Source: Alphaproteobacteria bacterium (GTDB lineage: Bacteria; Pseudomonadota; Alphaproteobacteria; UBA8366; JADFVY01). Taken from it: 64,000 bases of DNA. The stretch spans positions 14,303 to 78,302 of the forward strand of contig JBFIFO010000001.1 in the NCBI GenBank assembly GCA_041602815.1, given 5' to 3'. Positions 63,932 to 64,000 of the stretch are shown in pieces. Position 1 is the stretch's first letter; every line of letters starts with the position of its first letter. Position numbers and translations under genes: made by a program. The notes beneath the pieces are model-generated. The model was not told the DNA's origin and ran no database searches. It saw only the letters and a list, made by a program, of their open reading frames with translations.

Positions 63932-64000
63932 CTTATTTTTCGTAATATTTAAAGTTCAACAATAACTTCATTACGTCGTGGTTGAAAGCTGTCGGCGGCG

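Overview
This is a high-GC alphaproteobacterial chromosome segment. Gene content and order look Rhodospirillales/Rhizobiales-like, and the window is almost entirely housekeeping genes. In order it holds: comEC-lexA; a split tryptophan cluster (trpE, then trpG, then trpD-trpC-moaC-moeA); a copZ-copA-cueR copper-efflux module; ppiD; tpiA-secG-pyrG-kdsA-eno-ftsB; the pdhA-pdhB-pdhC-lpd-lipA pyruvate dehydrogenase block; cinA-pgpA-ispDF; ntrBC-ntrYX-trkA-dat-hfq-hflX; mazG; the mltB-rlpA-dacC-tmk-holB-metG-tatD block; one tRNA-Ser(UGA); and mfd. I found no transposase, integrase, CRISPR array, rRNA, or recognisable defence, secretion or biosynthetic island. I therefore do not think the window holds a large novel multi-gene system. 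The loci that depart from the conserved backbone and deserve a second look are: (1) a compact promoter/operator plus small RHH-like ORF plus XRE-HTH plus terminator cassette at 46.5-47.3 kb; (2) an HPF/RaiA-cold-shock-domain fusion lying divergent to a PleD/PopA-architecture protein whose phosphorylation and catalytic motifs are degenerate but whose RxxD site is intact (57.6-59.7 kb); (3) an XRE-HTH protein with an uncharacterised ~160-aa C-terminal domain (29 kb); (4) opposite-strand insertions that break up the trp cluster (the copper module and a DUF1330 gene); (5) twin CueR-type boxes upstream of copZ; and (6) near-identical lipoyl-domain DNA shared by pdhB and pdhC. Many long ORFs in the supplied track are antisense shadow ORFs or N-terminal over-extensions typical of GC-rich DNA. 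I trimmed starts where a conserved N-terminus, a Shine-Dalgarno sequence or a stop/start overlap supported doing so.
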